Assembly: GCA_963745025.1 (NCBI GenBank)
Contig: CAVUWD010000020.1
Location: forward strand, 1 to 64,000
DNA: 64,000 bases
Direction: 5' to 3'
DNA from: an uncultured delta proteobacterium
GTDB taxonomy: Bacteria > Desulfobacterota > Binatia > JACPRU01
Below the pieces are notes generated by a model. It was not told where the DNA came from and made no database searches. It saw nothing but the letters and a program-made list of their open reading frames with translations. The translations under genes were made by a program, and so were the position numbers. This document shows, one piece after another, positions 53,117 through 63,306 of the stretch (position 1 is the first letter of the stretch; each line of letters begins with the position of its first letter).

Positions 53117-54139
53117 TCAACTCCTGCGCCCCTGCACGAACTCCTGATACTCGCGCACGTCCTCGGGGCTGCCGAGCGCCACCGCCACGCGCTGGTGAAT
53201 GTCGGTCGGCTGAAGATCGAGGATGCGCTGGCGGCCGGTGGTCGCCGCACCGCCGGCCTGTTCGGCGATCATCGACATCGGCGCCACCTCGTAAAGCAGG
53301 CGGAGCTTCGGCTTGGGCTTTGCCGGGTCGCTGCTATCCGCGGGATAGAGAAACACCCCGCCCTTCAAGAGAATGCGGTGGAAGTCGGCAACCAGGGTGC
53401 CGATGTAGCGGAGTCCATACGGCCGGTTCGTCGCTTTGTCCTTCTCTTTCAGGTAGCGGGTGTAGCGCCGCGTGCCTTCGTCCCAGCTCCGCTCGTTGCC
53501 CTCGTTGACGCTGTAGCTCTTGCCGCGCTTGGGGATGCGGATGTTCTCGTGCGAGAGCAGGAACTCGCCGAGCGAGGGATCGAGGGTGAAGCCGTGTACG
53601 CCGCGGCCAGCCGTGTAGACCAGCATCGTGCTCGAGCCGTAAACCACGTAACCCGCGGCGACCTGCGCGCTGCCCTTCTGCAGGCAGTCCTCGACGGTAC
53701 CGTCGACGCCGGGCGTACGCTTGCGGTGGATCGAGAAGATCGTGCCGAGGCTCGCGTTGACGTCGACGTTGGATGAGCCATCGAGCGGGTCGAAGAGCAG
53801 CACGTACTTCCCTTTCGGAAAGTGCTCCGGGATGGGGATCAGACCGTCCGCCTCCTCCGAGGCCATGCAGCAAAGGTGCCCCCCGTGGTCCATCTGTTCG
53901 TAGATCCGGGCCTGCGCATAATCATCGAGCTTCGTCACTTGCTCGCCCTGCACGTTTTCCTTTCCCGCCAGGCCGAGGATCGCCGCGAGGCCGGCGCGGT
54001 TGACCTCGCGCGAGATCATCTTGAAGGCGAGAACCAGATCCCAGAGAAGCCGCGTGAATTCGCCCGTGGCCGCCGGATGCAGCGCCTGCTGCTCCATGAT
54101 GTGGCGCTGGAGGGTGACGATCTTCGTTTGACTCTCCAT
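53117..54139 (-). CDS. fbp: Class 1 fructose-1,6-bisphosphatase
   Basis: NVQGE..KLD, FDPLDGSSN, RYIGTLVADFHR, KLRLLYE. Confidence 0.97.
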   Translation of the reverse strand: MESQTKIVTLQRHIMEQQALHPAATGEFTRLLWDLVLAFKMISREVNRAGLAAILGLAGKENVQGEQVTKLDDYAQARIYEQMDHGGHLCCMASEEADGLIPIPEHFPKGKYVLLFDPLDGSSNVDVNASLGTIFSIHRKRTPGVDGTVEDCLQKGSAQVAAGYVVYGSSTMLVYTAGRGVHGFTLDPSLGEFLLSHENIRIPKRGKSYSVNEGNERSWDEGTRRYTRYLKEKDKATNRPYGLRYIGTLVADFHRILLKGGVFLYPADSSDPAKPKPKLRLLYEVAPMSMIAEQAGGAATTGRQRILDLQPTDIHQRVAVALGSPEDVREYQEFVQGRRS

Positions 54140-54317
54140 GAGTCCGTTCATCGCAAATTCACGTCGGTGCCGGCAAGCGGCGGAAGGGCTTTCGGCGGGC
54201 GGCCTTCGGCCTCGCGCAAAGACTCCTCGGAGCACTTGGCGGGACGCCGCCAGGCGATGTCTCGAGGTTGCGTGTTTGCCGCCCGTATGGTAGCTGAGCG
54301 GTTGGAGTTGGCCGCAA

Positions 54318-54346
54318 AAAAAGTGGGCCCCAAGCCCACTTTTTTA
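54318..54346 (+). promoter_or_regulatory. rimP leader hairpin/attenuator
   Basis: AAAAAAGTGGG-CCCCAAG-CCCACTTTTTT just before rimP, matching the widespread AGTGGG/CCCACT rimP leader. Confidence 0.75.
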
Positions 54347-54354
54347 TTTCAGGA

Positions 54355-54918
54355 ATGGAGATTCGAAACAAGGTGATCGCGCTGGTGGAGCCGGTACTCG
54401 CAGAGCAGGGACTCGAACTGGTCGACGTCGAGCACCGCCGCGAGGGACGGGGCCAGGTCGTCCGGCTGCTCGTCGACCGCGAGGGCGGAGTCGACCTCGA
54501 CACGCTCTCTCGTCTGAGCCGTGAGCTGTCGGTTCTGCTCGACGTCGAGGAGCCGGTGCCGGGGCCGTACACGCTCGAGGTCTCCTCGCCGGGCATCCAC
54601 CGCCCGCTGCGCAAGCCCGAGCACTTCGTCCCGTATCTCGGCAAGAGCGTGAGGATTCGCAGCCGCGTCGCTCTCGACGGACAACGAAACTTCCGCGGCA
54701 CGCTCGCCACGATCACGGGCGGCGGCGTGACGCTTCGCTTGGACGGAGGATCGGAACGCACGTTGTGCGTTCCGATGCCGACCGACGGGAGGCCGGGTCC
54801 CAGCCGCCCGGAGGGCGGCAAGACCGAGATCTACATCGAGTTCTCGAACATCGAGAAGGCCAACTACGAGCATGAGTTCTCGGCCGCCGACTTCGGCAAG
54901 CGCGCCGTCCCGCGGTGA
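54355..54918 (+). CDS. rimP: Ribosome maturation factor RimP (with ~24-aa palindromic insertion)
   Basis: YTLEVSSPG.RPL; position upstream of nusA. Confidence 0.95.
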   Translation: MEIRNKVIALVEPVLAEQGLELVDVEHRREGRGQVVRLLVDREGGVDLDTLSRLSRELSVLLDVEEPVPGPYTLEVSSPGIHRPLRKPEHFVPYLGKSVRIRSRVALDGQRNFRGTLATITGGGVTLRLDGGSERTLCVPMPTDGRPGPSRPEGGKTEIYIEFSNIEKANYEHEFSAADFGKRAVPR

Positions 54919-54927
54919 GGAGGTCTT

Positions 54928-56499
54928 ATGATCCATCCCGAGGTGGAACGCGTCATCGAGCAAGTGAGCAAGGAGAAAGGGATCAGCAAAGAGCTGGTCA
55001 TGGAAGCCGTCGAGGACTCGATGCGTTCGGCCGCGCGCAAACAGGTCGGGATGCAGTTCAACATCGAGGTGAAGTTCAACCCCGAGGTGAGGGAGCTCGA
55101 GGTCTTCAAGGTCTGGAAGGTCGTTCCGATCGTCAACGATCCCTACATCGAGGTCACGCTCGAAGAAGCGCGCAACCGCTTCGATCCCGAGGCCGAGGTC
55201 GACGACGAGCTGCTCGAGAAGCTCGATCCGAGCTACGGGCGCATCGCCGCGCAAGCGGCCAAGCAGAACTTGATGCAGAGACTTCGTGATGCGGAGCGCG
55301 AGATCATCTTCAACGAGTTCAAGAACCGCAAGGAAGAGATCGTCTCCGGTATCGTCACGCGCTTCGAGCGCAAGAATCTCATCGTCCAGCTGCGCCCGAA
55401 CGTCGACGCGATCCTGCCCGAGAAGGAGCAGATCCCGCGCGAGCGCTACCGGCCGCAGGACCGCATCCGCGCCTACGTGCTCGACGTCGACATGACGAGC
55501 AAGGGACCGCAGATCGTGCTCTCGCGCACGCACCCGGGCTTTTTGAAGAAGGCCTTCGAACAGGAAGTGCCCGAGATCTACGAAGGGATCGTCGAGATCA
55601 AGGCGGTGGCGCGCGAGCCCGGAGGCCGCGCCAAGATCGCCGTCGCCTCCAACGACACCGACGTCGATCCAGTCGGCGCTTGCGTGGGCATGAAAGGCAC
55701 CCGCGTGCAGGCGGTCGTGCAGGAGCTTCGCGGCGAGAAGATCGACATCGTCCCTTGGACGCCCGATCCCGCCGAGTTCGTCTGCCGCGCGCTCGCCCCC
55801 GCCAAGGTCGCGAAAATTATCATGGACGAAGACGACCGGGGCATGGAAGTCATCGTTCCCGACGACCAGCTCTCGCTCGCCATCGGCAAGAAGGGCCAGA
55901 ACGTGCGACTCGCGTCGCGCTTGACGGGCTGGAAGCTCGACATCCGCAGCGAAGCCGAGGCCGAGGAAGAGCAGCGGCGCGTGCGCGCTTCGCTGATCGC
56001 GATCCCGGGCGTCGGCGACGTTACTGCCGAATATCTGCTGCAGGAGGGATTCAAGTCCGCCGAGGAAGTCGCCGAGTCGGATCTCGAGACCCTCGTCGAG
56101 ATCGAAGGGATCGGGCCAGAGCGGGCTGAGGCAGTGTTGCAGGCGGCCCAGGAGCATGTCGAAGCGCTGCGCAAGGCCGAAGCCGAAGCGGCCGCAGCAG
56201 CGGCAGCGGAGGAAGCCGAGCGCGTTCGCAGCGTGTTGAAGACGCTCGAGGGGGTCGATGATTCGGCTGCAGACAAGCTGGTGGCAGCGGGTCTCAATTC
56301 GATCGAGGCGGTGAGTCAGGCGGGGGCGGGCAAGATCGCTGCCGTTCTCGAGCTCGCTGCCGAAGACGCGCAGCGAATCGCCACCGCGGCGACAGCGGTC
56401 GCCGAAGCCGCGCGACAGGCGGCCGCGGCGGCGGCGGCCGACGCGGCCGCGGCCGCCGAAGGAGAGGTGGTCGCCAATTCGACGGGAGGGAATGAGTGA
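54928..56499 (+). CDS. nusA: Transcription factor NusA
   Basis: GRIAAQAAKQ, DPVGACVGMKG, LAIGKKGQNVRLA. Confidence 0.97.
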   Translation: MIHPEVERVIEQVSKEKGISKELVMEAVEDSMRSAARKQVGMQFNIEVKFNPEVRELEVFKVWKVVPIVNDPYIEVTLEEARNRFDPEAEVDDELLEKLDPSYGRIAAQAAKQNLMQRLRDAEREIIFNEFKNRKEEIVSGIVTRFERKNLIVQLRPNVDAILPEKEQIPRERYRPQDRIRAYVLDVDMTSKGPQIVLSRTHPGFLKKAFEQEVPEIYEGIVEIKAVAREPGGRAKIAVASNDTDVDPVGACVGMKGTRVQAVVQELRGEKIDIVPWTPDPAEFVCRALAPAKVAKIIMDEDDRGMEVIVPDDQLSLAIGKKGQNVRLASRLTGWKLDIRSEAEAEEEQRRVRASLIAIPGVGDVTAEYLLQEGFKSAEEVAESDLETLVEIEGIGPERAEAVLQAAQEHVEALRKAEAEAAAAAAAEEAERVRSVLKTLEGVDDSAADKLVAAGLNSIEAVSQAGAGKIAAVLELAAEDAQRIATAATAVAEAARQAAAAAAADAAAAAEGEVVANSTGGNE

Positions 56500-56765
56500 G
56501 CCAGCGAACCGCGCGCGTGCCGACTCGGTCTTGTGCGGGTTGCAACGGGCGAGACTCGCAGCCATGCCTCGCACGCTTCACGCTCGTCGAGGGGCGGCTC
56601 GCTTGGGATCCCACCCGGCGGCGGCCTGGCCGCGGCGCGTACCTCCATCTGCAACGCGAATGCCTCGATGCGTTTTTGTCGCGCAAGCCGTTCCTGCGAT
56701 CGCTACGCGCGTCGGTGTCACCTGCCGAGCGAGCACGGCTCGTCTCCGAACGTTCGGTGAGCTAG
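56496..56765 (+). CDS. ylxR: YlxR/DUF448 family protein
   Basis: PTRSCAGC...GRGAYL. Confidence 0.85.
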   Translation: MSQRTARVPTRSCAGCNGRDSQPCLARFTLVEGRLAWDPTRRRPGRGAYLHLQRECLDAFLSRKPFLRSLRASVSPAERARLVSERSVS

Positions 56766-56775
56766 GGTAATCGAG

Positions 56776-59467
56776 ATGGCGAAGAAAACCGTTTCTGAGG
56801 TTGCCAAAGAGCTGGGGATCGAGCGCAAGGACCTCATCGGCTACCTCGAGAAGCAGGGCAAGACCAAAGTCACCGCGAAGACGACGCTTGCCGAGGACGA
56901 AGTCGAGCGGGCGAAGGAAAATCTGGGCCTCGGGCCGAAGCCGCAAGTGCGCATCGGCGAGGAGCGCGTGGTCGCCGACAACGTCGTCAGTGAATCCGGA
57001 GGGACGACTCGTGAGCGCGTCACCGAGCTGCGCACGACAGGCACGCTGATTCGCCGGCGCAAGGTCCGAGAAGAAATCGCGAGGGAGCCAACGCACGAGT
57101 TGCCCTCGGAGGGCGATGCGCTGTCGCTTCCCGCGGAGATGATCGGTGAGATGAGCGAGGATCTTCCCCCGCTTCCTCCCGAGGCGCCGATCGCTCCGCC
57201 GCCACCCGAAGTCATTGCTCCGCTCGAGCCGCCGACCGCCGAGGCGAGGCCGGAACTCCCTCCCGAGCCGGCACCGGTCGTCACTGCCAAACCTCCTGGC
57301 CCGGCGGCGCCGCCGCAGCCGAGCACGGCTGCGCCCGCTCCGACGGAGACCACGATGCGTTCGGCGCGTGTGCTCGGCCGCATCGATCTTCGCAAAGTCG
57401 AGCCGCCGCCGCGGCCTACGGCCCGGCCCGGCGGCTGCGCCGACGGACGCCGAGCGTCGCGGCCGGCCGGACATCGCGCCGAAGCCTGCGGCTCCCGCCG
57501 AAGAGGAGTCGAAGGACCGCAAGGGTCGGAAGAAGCTCAAGGTCATCAAAAAGGACCCCCTCGAAACCGAGCGCGACTACCGCGGCGGTCGCATGCCGAA
57601 GAAGAAGCGGGCGCTTCCCGGCAAGGAACAGAAGAGGACGGAAATCACCGTCCCGAAGGCGAGCAAGCGTGTGATCCGCATCTCGAACATGGTGCCGGTC
57701 GGCGAGCTCGCCAAGCAGATGGGGGTCAAGGGTGGCGAAGTCCTGAGGAAGCTCATGGACCTCGGCATGATGGCCACGATTACCCAACAGCTCGATTTCG
57801 AGACCGCGACGCTCGTCGCGCAGGACTTCGAGTACCTCGTCGAAAACGTCGCCTTCGACGCCGAGTCGGCGATCGAGATGGAGCACGAGAGCGACGAGGG
57901 GGCGGAACCCAAGTCGTCGCGCCCACCGGTCGTTACGATCATGGGGCACGTCGACCACGGCAAGACCTCGCTGCTCGATGCGATCCGCAAGACCAACGTC
58001 ACCGAGGGCGAGGCGGGGGGCATCACGCAACACATCGGCGCCTACAGCGTGACCTGGAATGATCGCCGAATCACGTTCGTCGACACGCCGGGCCACGAAG
58101 CGTTCACCGCGATGCGCGCTCGCGGCGCGAAGGTGACGGACATCGTCGTGCTGGTGGTTGCCGCCGATGATGGCGTCATGCCGCAGACGATCGAGGCGAT
58201 CTCCCACGCGCGCGCAGCGAAGGTGCCGATCATCGTTGCGGTCAACAAGATCGACAAGCCCGGCGCCGATCTCGAACGCGTCAAGCGCGAGCTCGCCAAT
58301 CATGGCCTCGCAGCCGAGGACTGGGGCGGCGACACCTCGATCGTAGCGGTCTCTGCCAAGACGCAGCAGGGCATTCCCGACCTGCTCGAGATGATCCTGC
58401 TCCAAGCCGACGTCCTCGAGCTCAGCGCCAACCCCACGAAGCTCACCCGCGGCGTGATCATCGAGGCCAAGCTCGAGCGCGGGCGCGGGCCGGTCGCGAC
58501 CGTGCTGATCCAGGAAGGAACGCTGCACGCGGGCGATCCGTTCGTCTGCGGCACGCAATACGGACGCGTACGCGCGATGATGGACGAGAACGGTCAGAAG
58601 CTCGAAGAAGCGGGACCCTCCACTCCGGTGGAGATCCTCGGTCTCGGCGGCGTGCCGGAGGCCGGGGACGTCTTCAGCGCGGTCGGCGACGAGGCCACGG
58701 CGCGCCAGGTGGCGAGCGCTCGGCTCGACAAAAAGCGCCAAGCGCAGCTTTCGACCACCAGCAGGGTCTCGCTCGAGGAGCTCTACGACAAGATCAAGGC
58801 GGGCGAGGCCAAGGAGCTGCGCGTGATTCTGAAGGCCGACGTGCAGGGCTCCGTCGAGGCGGTGCAGAAGGCACTCGGCCTGTTGTCGACCGACGAGGTG
58901 AAGCTCAACGTGCTGCACGCCTCGGTGGGCGGCGTCTCGGAGAGCGACGTGCTGCTGGCGTCTGCATCGAAGGCGATCATCATCGGATTCAACATCCGCC
59001 CCGAGTCGAAGGCGTCGGAACTCGCCGATCGCGAGGGTGTGGACATTCGGCTCTACACGATCATCTACGAGGCACTGAACGACATGCGCTCCGCGCTCGA
59101 GGGGATGCTCGCCCCGACGCTTCGCGAGAAGGTTCTCGGCCGCGCCGAGGTCCGTCAGCCCTTCCCGATTCCCGGCGTCGGCACCATCGCCGGCTCCCTC
59201 GTGAGCGAAGGCAAGATCGCACGATCCTCCCGCGTACGGTTGGTGCGCGACAGCGTTCCCGTCTACGAAGGCAAGATCGCGAGCCTGCGTCGGTTCAAGG
59301 ATGACGTCCGCGAGGTTACCTCGGGCCTGGAGTGTGGCATCGGGCTCGAGAATTTCAACGACGTAAAGGCGGGCGACGTCATCGAGGCGTTCGAGGTCGA
59401 AGAGATCGCGCGCCGCCTCGCGCCGCCGTCGCAACGCGCGGGCGCGCAAGCGGAACGCACGGCGTGA
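56776..59467 (+). CDS. infB: Translation initiation factor IF-2 (one +1 frameshift near 57430)
   Basis: [25 protein letters not shown]; N-terminal domain in the adjacent frame. Confidence 0.97.
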
Positions 59468-59471
59468 TGAA

Positions 59472-59547
59472 CGGCTGCCGACTACCGGCTACCGGCTACC
59501 GGAAAGGCACCGCGGAGTCTTTGCCGGAAGCCGGAAGCCGGTAGCCC
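59472..59547. repeat. Heptamer-arm palindromic repeat
   Basis: (GCTACCG)n GAAAGGCACCGCGGAGTCTTTG (CCGG[AT]AG)n. Confidence 0.85.
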
Positions 59548-59558
59548 AGGGGCGTGTC

Positions 59559-59846
59559 GTGGTGGTGGGCGTCTTGCGCCTCATCGTCTACATCCCCGAG
59601 AACCACTCGCTGAAGGGCAAGCGCGGGATGCTACGCAAGATCAAGGCGCAGGTCTCCAATAACTTCAACGTGTCGATTTCGGAGTGCGACGATCAGGATC
59701 TCTGGCAGCGTGCCACGCTCGGCGTGAGCCACGTGGGCACCGACGAGGGACAAGTCGACGGCAGTCTCCGGGCGGTCGTGAAGTTCATCGAAGGTCTCGG
59801 GCTGGTCGAAGTGGGGGAGGAGAAGTTGGAGTTCTTACACTACTGA
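59559..59846 (+). CDS. DUF503/YlxP family protein
   Basis: HSLKGKR, FNVSISE.D.QDLWQ; conserved position between infB and rbfA. Confidence 0.9.
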   Translation: MVVGVLRLIVYIPENHSLKGKRGMLRKIKAQVSNNFNVSISECDDQDLWQRATLGVSHVGTDEGQVDGSLRAVVKFIEGLGLVEVGEEKLEFLHY

Positions 59847-59848
59847 CG

Positions 59849-59928
59849 AACGGCTACCGGCTTCCGACTACCGGCTACCGCGAGAGACTTCACGAATCCT
59901 TTCCGGTAGCCTGTAGCCGGTAGCCGTT
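59849..59928. repeat. Heptamer-arm palindromic repeat
   Basis: AACGGCTACCG...GAGACTTCACGAATCCTTT...CGGTAGCCGTT. Confidence 0.85.
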
Positions 59929-59934
59929 TCCCCC

Positions 59935-60288
59935 ATGTCCCGTCGTGCCGAACGCTTCTCCGACTTGCTGCTCGAGACGCTGTCGGAGCTACTCTTGCGC
60001 GAGGTCAAAGATCCACGCATCGGCACCGTCACGCTGACGCGGGTGAGCGTCGCGGACGACCTTCGTCAGGCCCGGGTCGGCTACTGCACGCTCGGCGACG
60101 CCTCCGCACGAGCGCGAGCCCAGAAGGGGCTCGAGAGCGCCGCGCGATTCATGCAGGGCAAGGTCGCGCGGTTGCTGCGCATGCGCTACGCCCCGGAGAT
60201 TCACTTCGAGTACGACGACGCCTTCGAGAAGGCCGACGAGGTCGACCGCCTTTTGAAGGGCGTGCGTCCCGAAAATGAGCCGGAATAG
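59935..60288 (+). CDS. rbfA: Ribosome-binding factor A
   Basis: KDPRI, DLRQA, RYAPEIHFEYD. Confidence 0.95.
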   Translation: MSRRAERFSDLLLETLSELLLREVKDPRIGTVTLTRVSVADDLRQARVGYCTLGDASARARAQKGLESAARFMQGKVARLLRMRYAPEIHFEYDDAFEKADEVDRLLKGVRPENEPE

Positions 60289-61195
60289 GGCATCGCTCGA
60301 CGGGATCTTGCTGATCGATAAGCCCGCCGGCCTGACCTCGGCCGGGGTGGTCCGCGAGGTCAAACGGCGACTCGGCGTGTCGAAGGTCGGGCACTTGGGA
60401 ACGCTCGATCCCTTTGCCACCGGCCTCTTGCCGTTGGCGGTCGGCGAAGGCGCCAAGGCCGTACCCTTCCTGAACCGAGAACAGAAGGCTTACACCGGCA
60501 CGATCACGCTCGGCCGCGCGACCGACACGCTGGATTCGACGGGCGAGACGACTGAGACGGCGGCGGTGTTGCCGTTGACGACGGAGCGACTGGAGGAAGC
60601 GGCGAAGCGCTTTCGCGGCGAGATCGAGCAGATTCCGCCGATGTTCTCCGCGCTGAAGCGCTCCGGCGTGCCACTCTACAAGCTTGCGCGGAAAGGGGTC
60701 GAGCTCGAGCTCGACCCCCGCAAGGTACGCATCGACTCACTCTCGCTCGCCTTCGCTACCGACGGCGCACTTGCGTTATCGGTCCGTTGCTCGAAGGGGA
60801 CCTATGTTCGCTCGCTTGCGCGCGACATCGCGCGAGCTCTCGGCACTGTCGGTCACCTCTCTTCGCTCCGGCGTACCCAATTTGGTCCCTTCGAGTTGTC
60901 AAACGCCGTACCGCTCGACGGGGTTTCGGCCGCGGCGACGGTGCCGATCGTCACGCCGCGTGAGGCACTGTCAGGCATGCGCGAGCTCGAGGCCGGTGAA
61001 CGGCTCGTCGGCGAGATTCGCCTCGGTCAGCAATGGGGCTTGGCTGGGCTTGCGGATGCCCGGGCTCAGGGTGAGACAGCCAAGGTCGTGAGTCCGCGGG
61101 GGGAGCTGGTGGCAATCGTCACCGCCGGAGCAGGCGGATGGAGGATTCTCCGCGTGTTTCCCGAGCCCGCCGGGGCTTGTGACCCCCGCTTGTGA
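60275..61195 (+). CDS. truB: tRNA pseudouridine(55) synthase
   Basis: KVGHLGTLDP, PPMFSALK, CSKGTYVRSL. Confidence 0.97.
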   Translation: MSRNRASLDGILLIDKPAGLTSAGVVREVKRRLGVSKVGHLGTLDPFATGLLPLAVGEGAKAVPFLNREQKAYTGTITLGRATDTLDSTGETTETAAVLPLTTERLEEAAKRFRGEIEQIPPMFSALKRSGVPLYKLARKGVELELDPRKVRIDSLSLAFATDGALALSVRCSKGTYVRSLARDIARALGTVGHLSSLRRTQFGPFELSNAVPLDGVSAAATVPIVTPREALSGMRELEAGERLVGEIRLGQQWGLAGLADARAQGETAKVVSPRGELVAIVTAGAGGWRILRVFPEPAGACDPRL

Positions 61196-61202
61196 CCCGC
61201 TC

Positions 61203-61232
61203 TTGACAGTTTGCGAAGCCCGTCGTTAGGGT
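61203..61232 (+). promoter_or_regulatory. Sigma70-like promoter upstream of the rny region
   Basis: TTGACA-N18-TAGGGT. Confidence 0.5.
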
Positions 61233-61433
61233 GCTTAACTGTAGATCGTTCGAAGCACCCTTCGAGCGCATACAGCCTCGAGGCTCGAGACGAGGACAGG
61301 GAGATACACCGAAGACCCACGATACGACATCCATAATCGGGAGCACGGCGGACACAGTTTTCTATTTTTGGCGTCGGTAAAACGGTCGATATCAGCTTGA
61401 AGATACCGGAAATCAGCAAAGAATTAGCGGAAA

Positions 61434-61607
61434 TGGGGACTCCAGTCATACGCGAAGCGATGGTCGTACGACTCGACGAGAACGTGCTGCTGGCAGCGAA
61501 CCATGCCGATCCACGGCGATCGGGCCGCCCCTTGCAATCGAACCGGACCGGTTGAGGCCTTCCGACCCTAAGCACCTCGCTCGCGTTCATCTCGCCGTCT
61601 CTCCCCC
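61434..61607. ncRNA. Candidate rod-like structured RNA (possible 6S RNA)
   Basis: Nested complementarity GGGGA/TCCCC, CGCGAAGCGA/TCGCTCGCG, GGTCG/CGACC, CCGATC/GATCGG in a 470-bp gap before rny; not model-verified. Confidence 0.3.
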
Positions 61608-61664
61608 AAAATAGGGCCTGACCCCAAGGCCCTGAAGCTGTGTTTTTCTCCGAAGGGAGGAGAG

Positions 61665-63227
61665 TTGAGTCTTCTAGAAATCGTCGTCGCATCATTGATT
61701 CTCGCAGGCGCGCTCGCCTTCGCGATCGACTGGCTCCGGCAGAAGAGCCGCTCCTCGGAGGCGGAGCAGGCGAGCTCCACCGCTCTGCGCATTCTCGATG
61801 AGGCCCGTAAGGAATCGGAAGTCGTCCGCAAGGAGGCACAGGTCCAGGCGAAGGACATCGTTCTGAACGCGCAGCAAGTGGCTGAGCGAGAGATCAAGGA
61901 GCGCCGTAGCGAGATCCAGCAGATCGAGAAGCGCATTCAGGGCAAGGAAGAAGCGATCGAGAAGCGTCTCCAGTCGCTCGAAGCTCGCGATCTCGAGAAT
62001 ACGCGTCGCGAGACGGCGGCCCGCGAGCGCGAGGCGAAGATTGCCGAGCGAGAGCGCGAGCAGGCGGAACTCGTCCGACAGACTCGGGAACGTCTCGAGC
62101 AGGTCGCCGCGATGACCCGCGAGGAGGCCAAGCGGACGCTTCTCGACGATATGCTGGGGGAGGCCCGCCACGAGGCGGCAAAGAAGATCCGCCAGGTCGA
62201 GGAGGAGGCGAAGCAGGAGGCCGAACGCAAGGCCAAGAAGATCATTTCGATCGCCATCGAGCGGCTGGCCGGTGACTTCGTCGCCGAGCGCACCGTGACG
62301 GTCGTGCCGATCCCTTCCGACGACATGAAGGGGCGCATCATCGGCCGCGAAGGCAGAAACATCCGCGCAATCGAGGCGGCGACCGGCGTCGATCTGATCA
62401 TCGACGACACGCCGGAGGCGGTGGTGGTGTCCTGTCACAACCCCATCCGCCGGGAGATCGCGCGTCTGGCGCTGCAGCGGCTGATCTCCGACGGGCGCAT
62501 TCATCCGGGCCGCATCGAGGACGTGGTTCGCAAGGCCGAGCAGGAGCTCGACGGCAACATCCGCGAGATCGGCCAGAAGGCGGTCTTCGAAGTCGGCATC
62601 CACGGTGTCCATCCCGAGCTCGTCAGGCTTCTCGGTATGCTCAAGTATCGCTACAGCTACGCCCAGAACGTCCTCCAGCATTCGCTCGAGGCGGCGTTCA
62701 TCTGCGGGGCGATGGCGGCCGAGCTCGGCCTCAACGAGAAGCAAGCGCGGCGCGCGGCGCTGCTACACGACATCGGCAAGGCGCTCACACACGAGGTCGA
62801 GGGCTCGCACGCGATCATCGGCGCCGAGATCGCGCGCAAGTACGGCGAGTCTGCCAAGATCGTCAACGCAATCGCCGCCCACCACGAGGAGGTTCGCGCC
62901 GAGACCATCTTGGCGCCGCTGGTCGACGCCGCTGATGCGCTCTCCGGAGCGCGCCCGGGTGCCCGGCGCGAGGTGCTGGAGAGCTACGTGAAGCGGCTGG
63001 ACGATCTCGAGCGAATCTCCACGTCGTTCAAGGGCGTCGAGAAGGCATTCGCCGTGCAGGCCGGGCGGGAGATCCGCATCATCGTTGAGCCGGCCGCGGT
63101 CGACGACGATCAGGCGCTGCTCCTCGCCCGCGACGTTGCACGCAAGATCGAGAGCGAGATGACCTATCCCGGCCAGATCAAGGTCACGGTGATTCGCGAG
63201 ATGCGGGCCTCGGAGATGGCGCGGTGA
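61665..63227 (+). CDS. rny: Ribonuclease Y
   Basis: N-terminal TM and coiled coil, KGRIIGREGRNI (KH), LLHDIGK (HD), YPGQIKVTVIRE. Confidence 0.97.
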   Translation: MSLLEIVVASLILAGALAFAIDWLRQKSRSSEAEQASSTALRILDEARKESEVVRKEAQVQAKDIVLNAQQVAEREIKERRSEIQQIEKRIQGKEEAIEKRLQSLEARDLENTRRETAAREREAKIAEREREQAELVRQTRERLEQVAAMTREEAKRTLLDDMLGEARHEAAKKIRQVEEEAKQEAERKAKKIISIAIERLAGDFVAERTVTVVPIPSDDMKGRIIGREGRNIRAIEAATGVDLIIDDTPEAVVVSCHNPIRREIARLALQRLISDGRIHPGRIEDVVRKAEQELDGNIREIGQKAVFEVGIHGVHPELVRLLGMLKYRYSYAQNVLQHSLEAAFICGAMAAELGLNEKQARRAALLHDIGKALTHEVEGSHAIIGAEIARKYGESAKIVNAIAAHHEEVRAETILAPLVDAADALSGARPGARREVLESYVKRLDDLERISTSFKGVEKAFAVQAGREIRIIVEPAAVDDDQALLLARDVARKIESEMTYPGQIKVTVIREMRASEMAR

Positions 63228-63232
63228 GAGCG

Positions 63233-63298
63233 TACCGGCTACCGACTACCGGCTACCGCAAAAGAAGGCAGGAGGTTTTTACCGGTAGCCGGTAGCCG
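63233..63298. repeat. Heptamer-arm palindromic repeat
   Basis: TACCGGCTACCGACTACCGGCTACCG...CCGGTAGCCGGTAGCCG. Confidence 0.85.
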
Positions 63299-63306
63299 AT
63301 TTTTCT

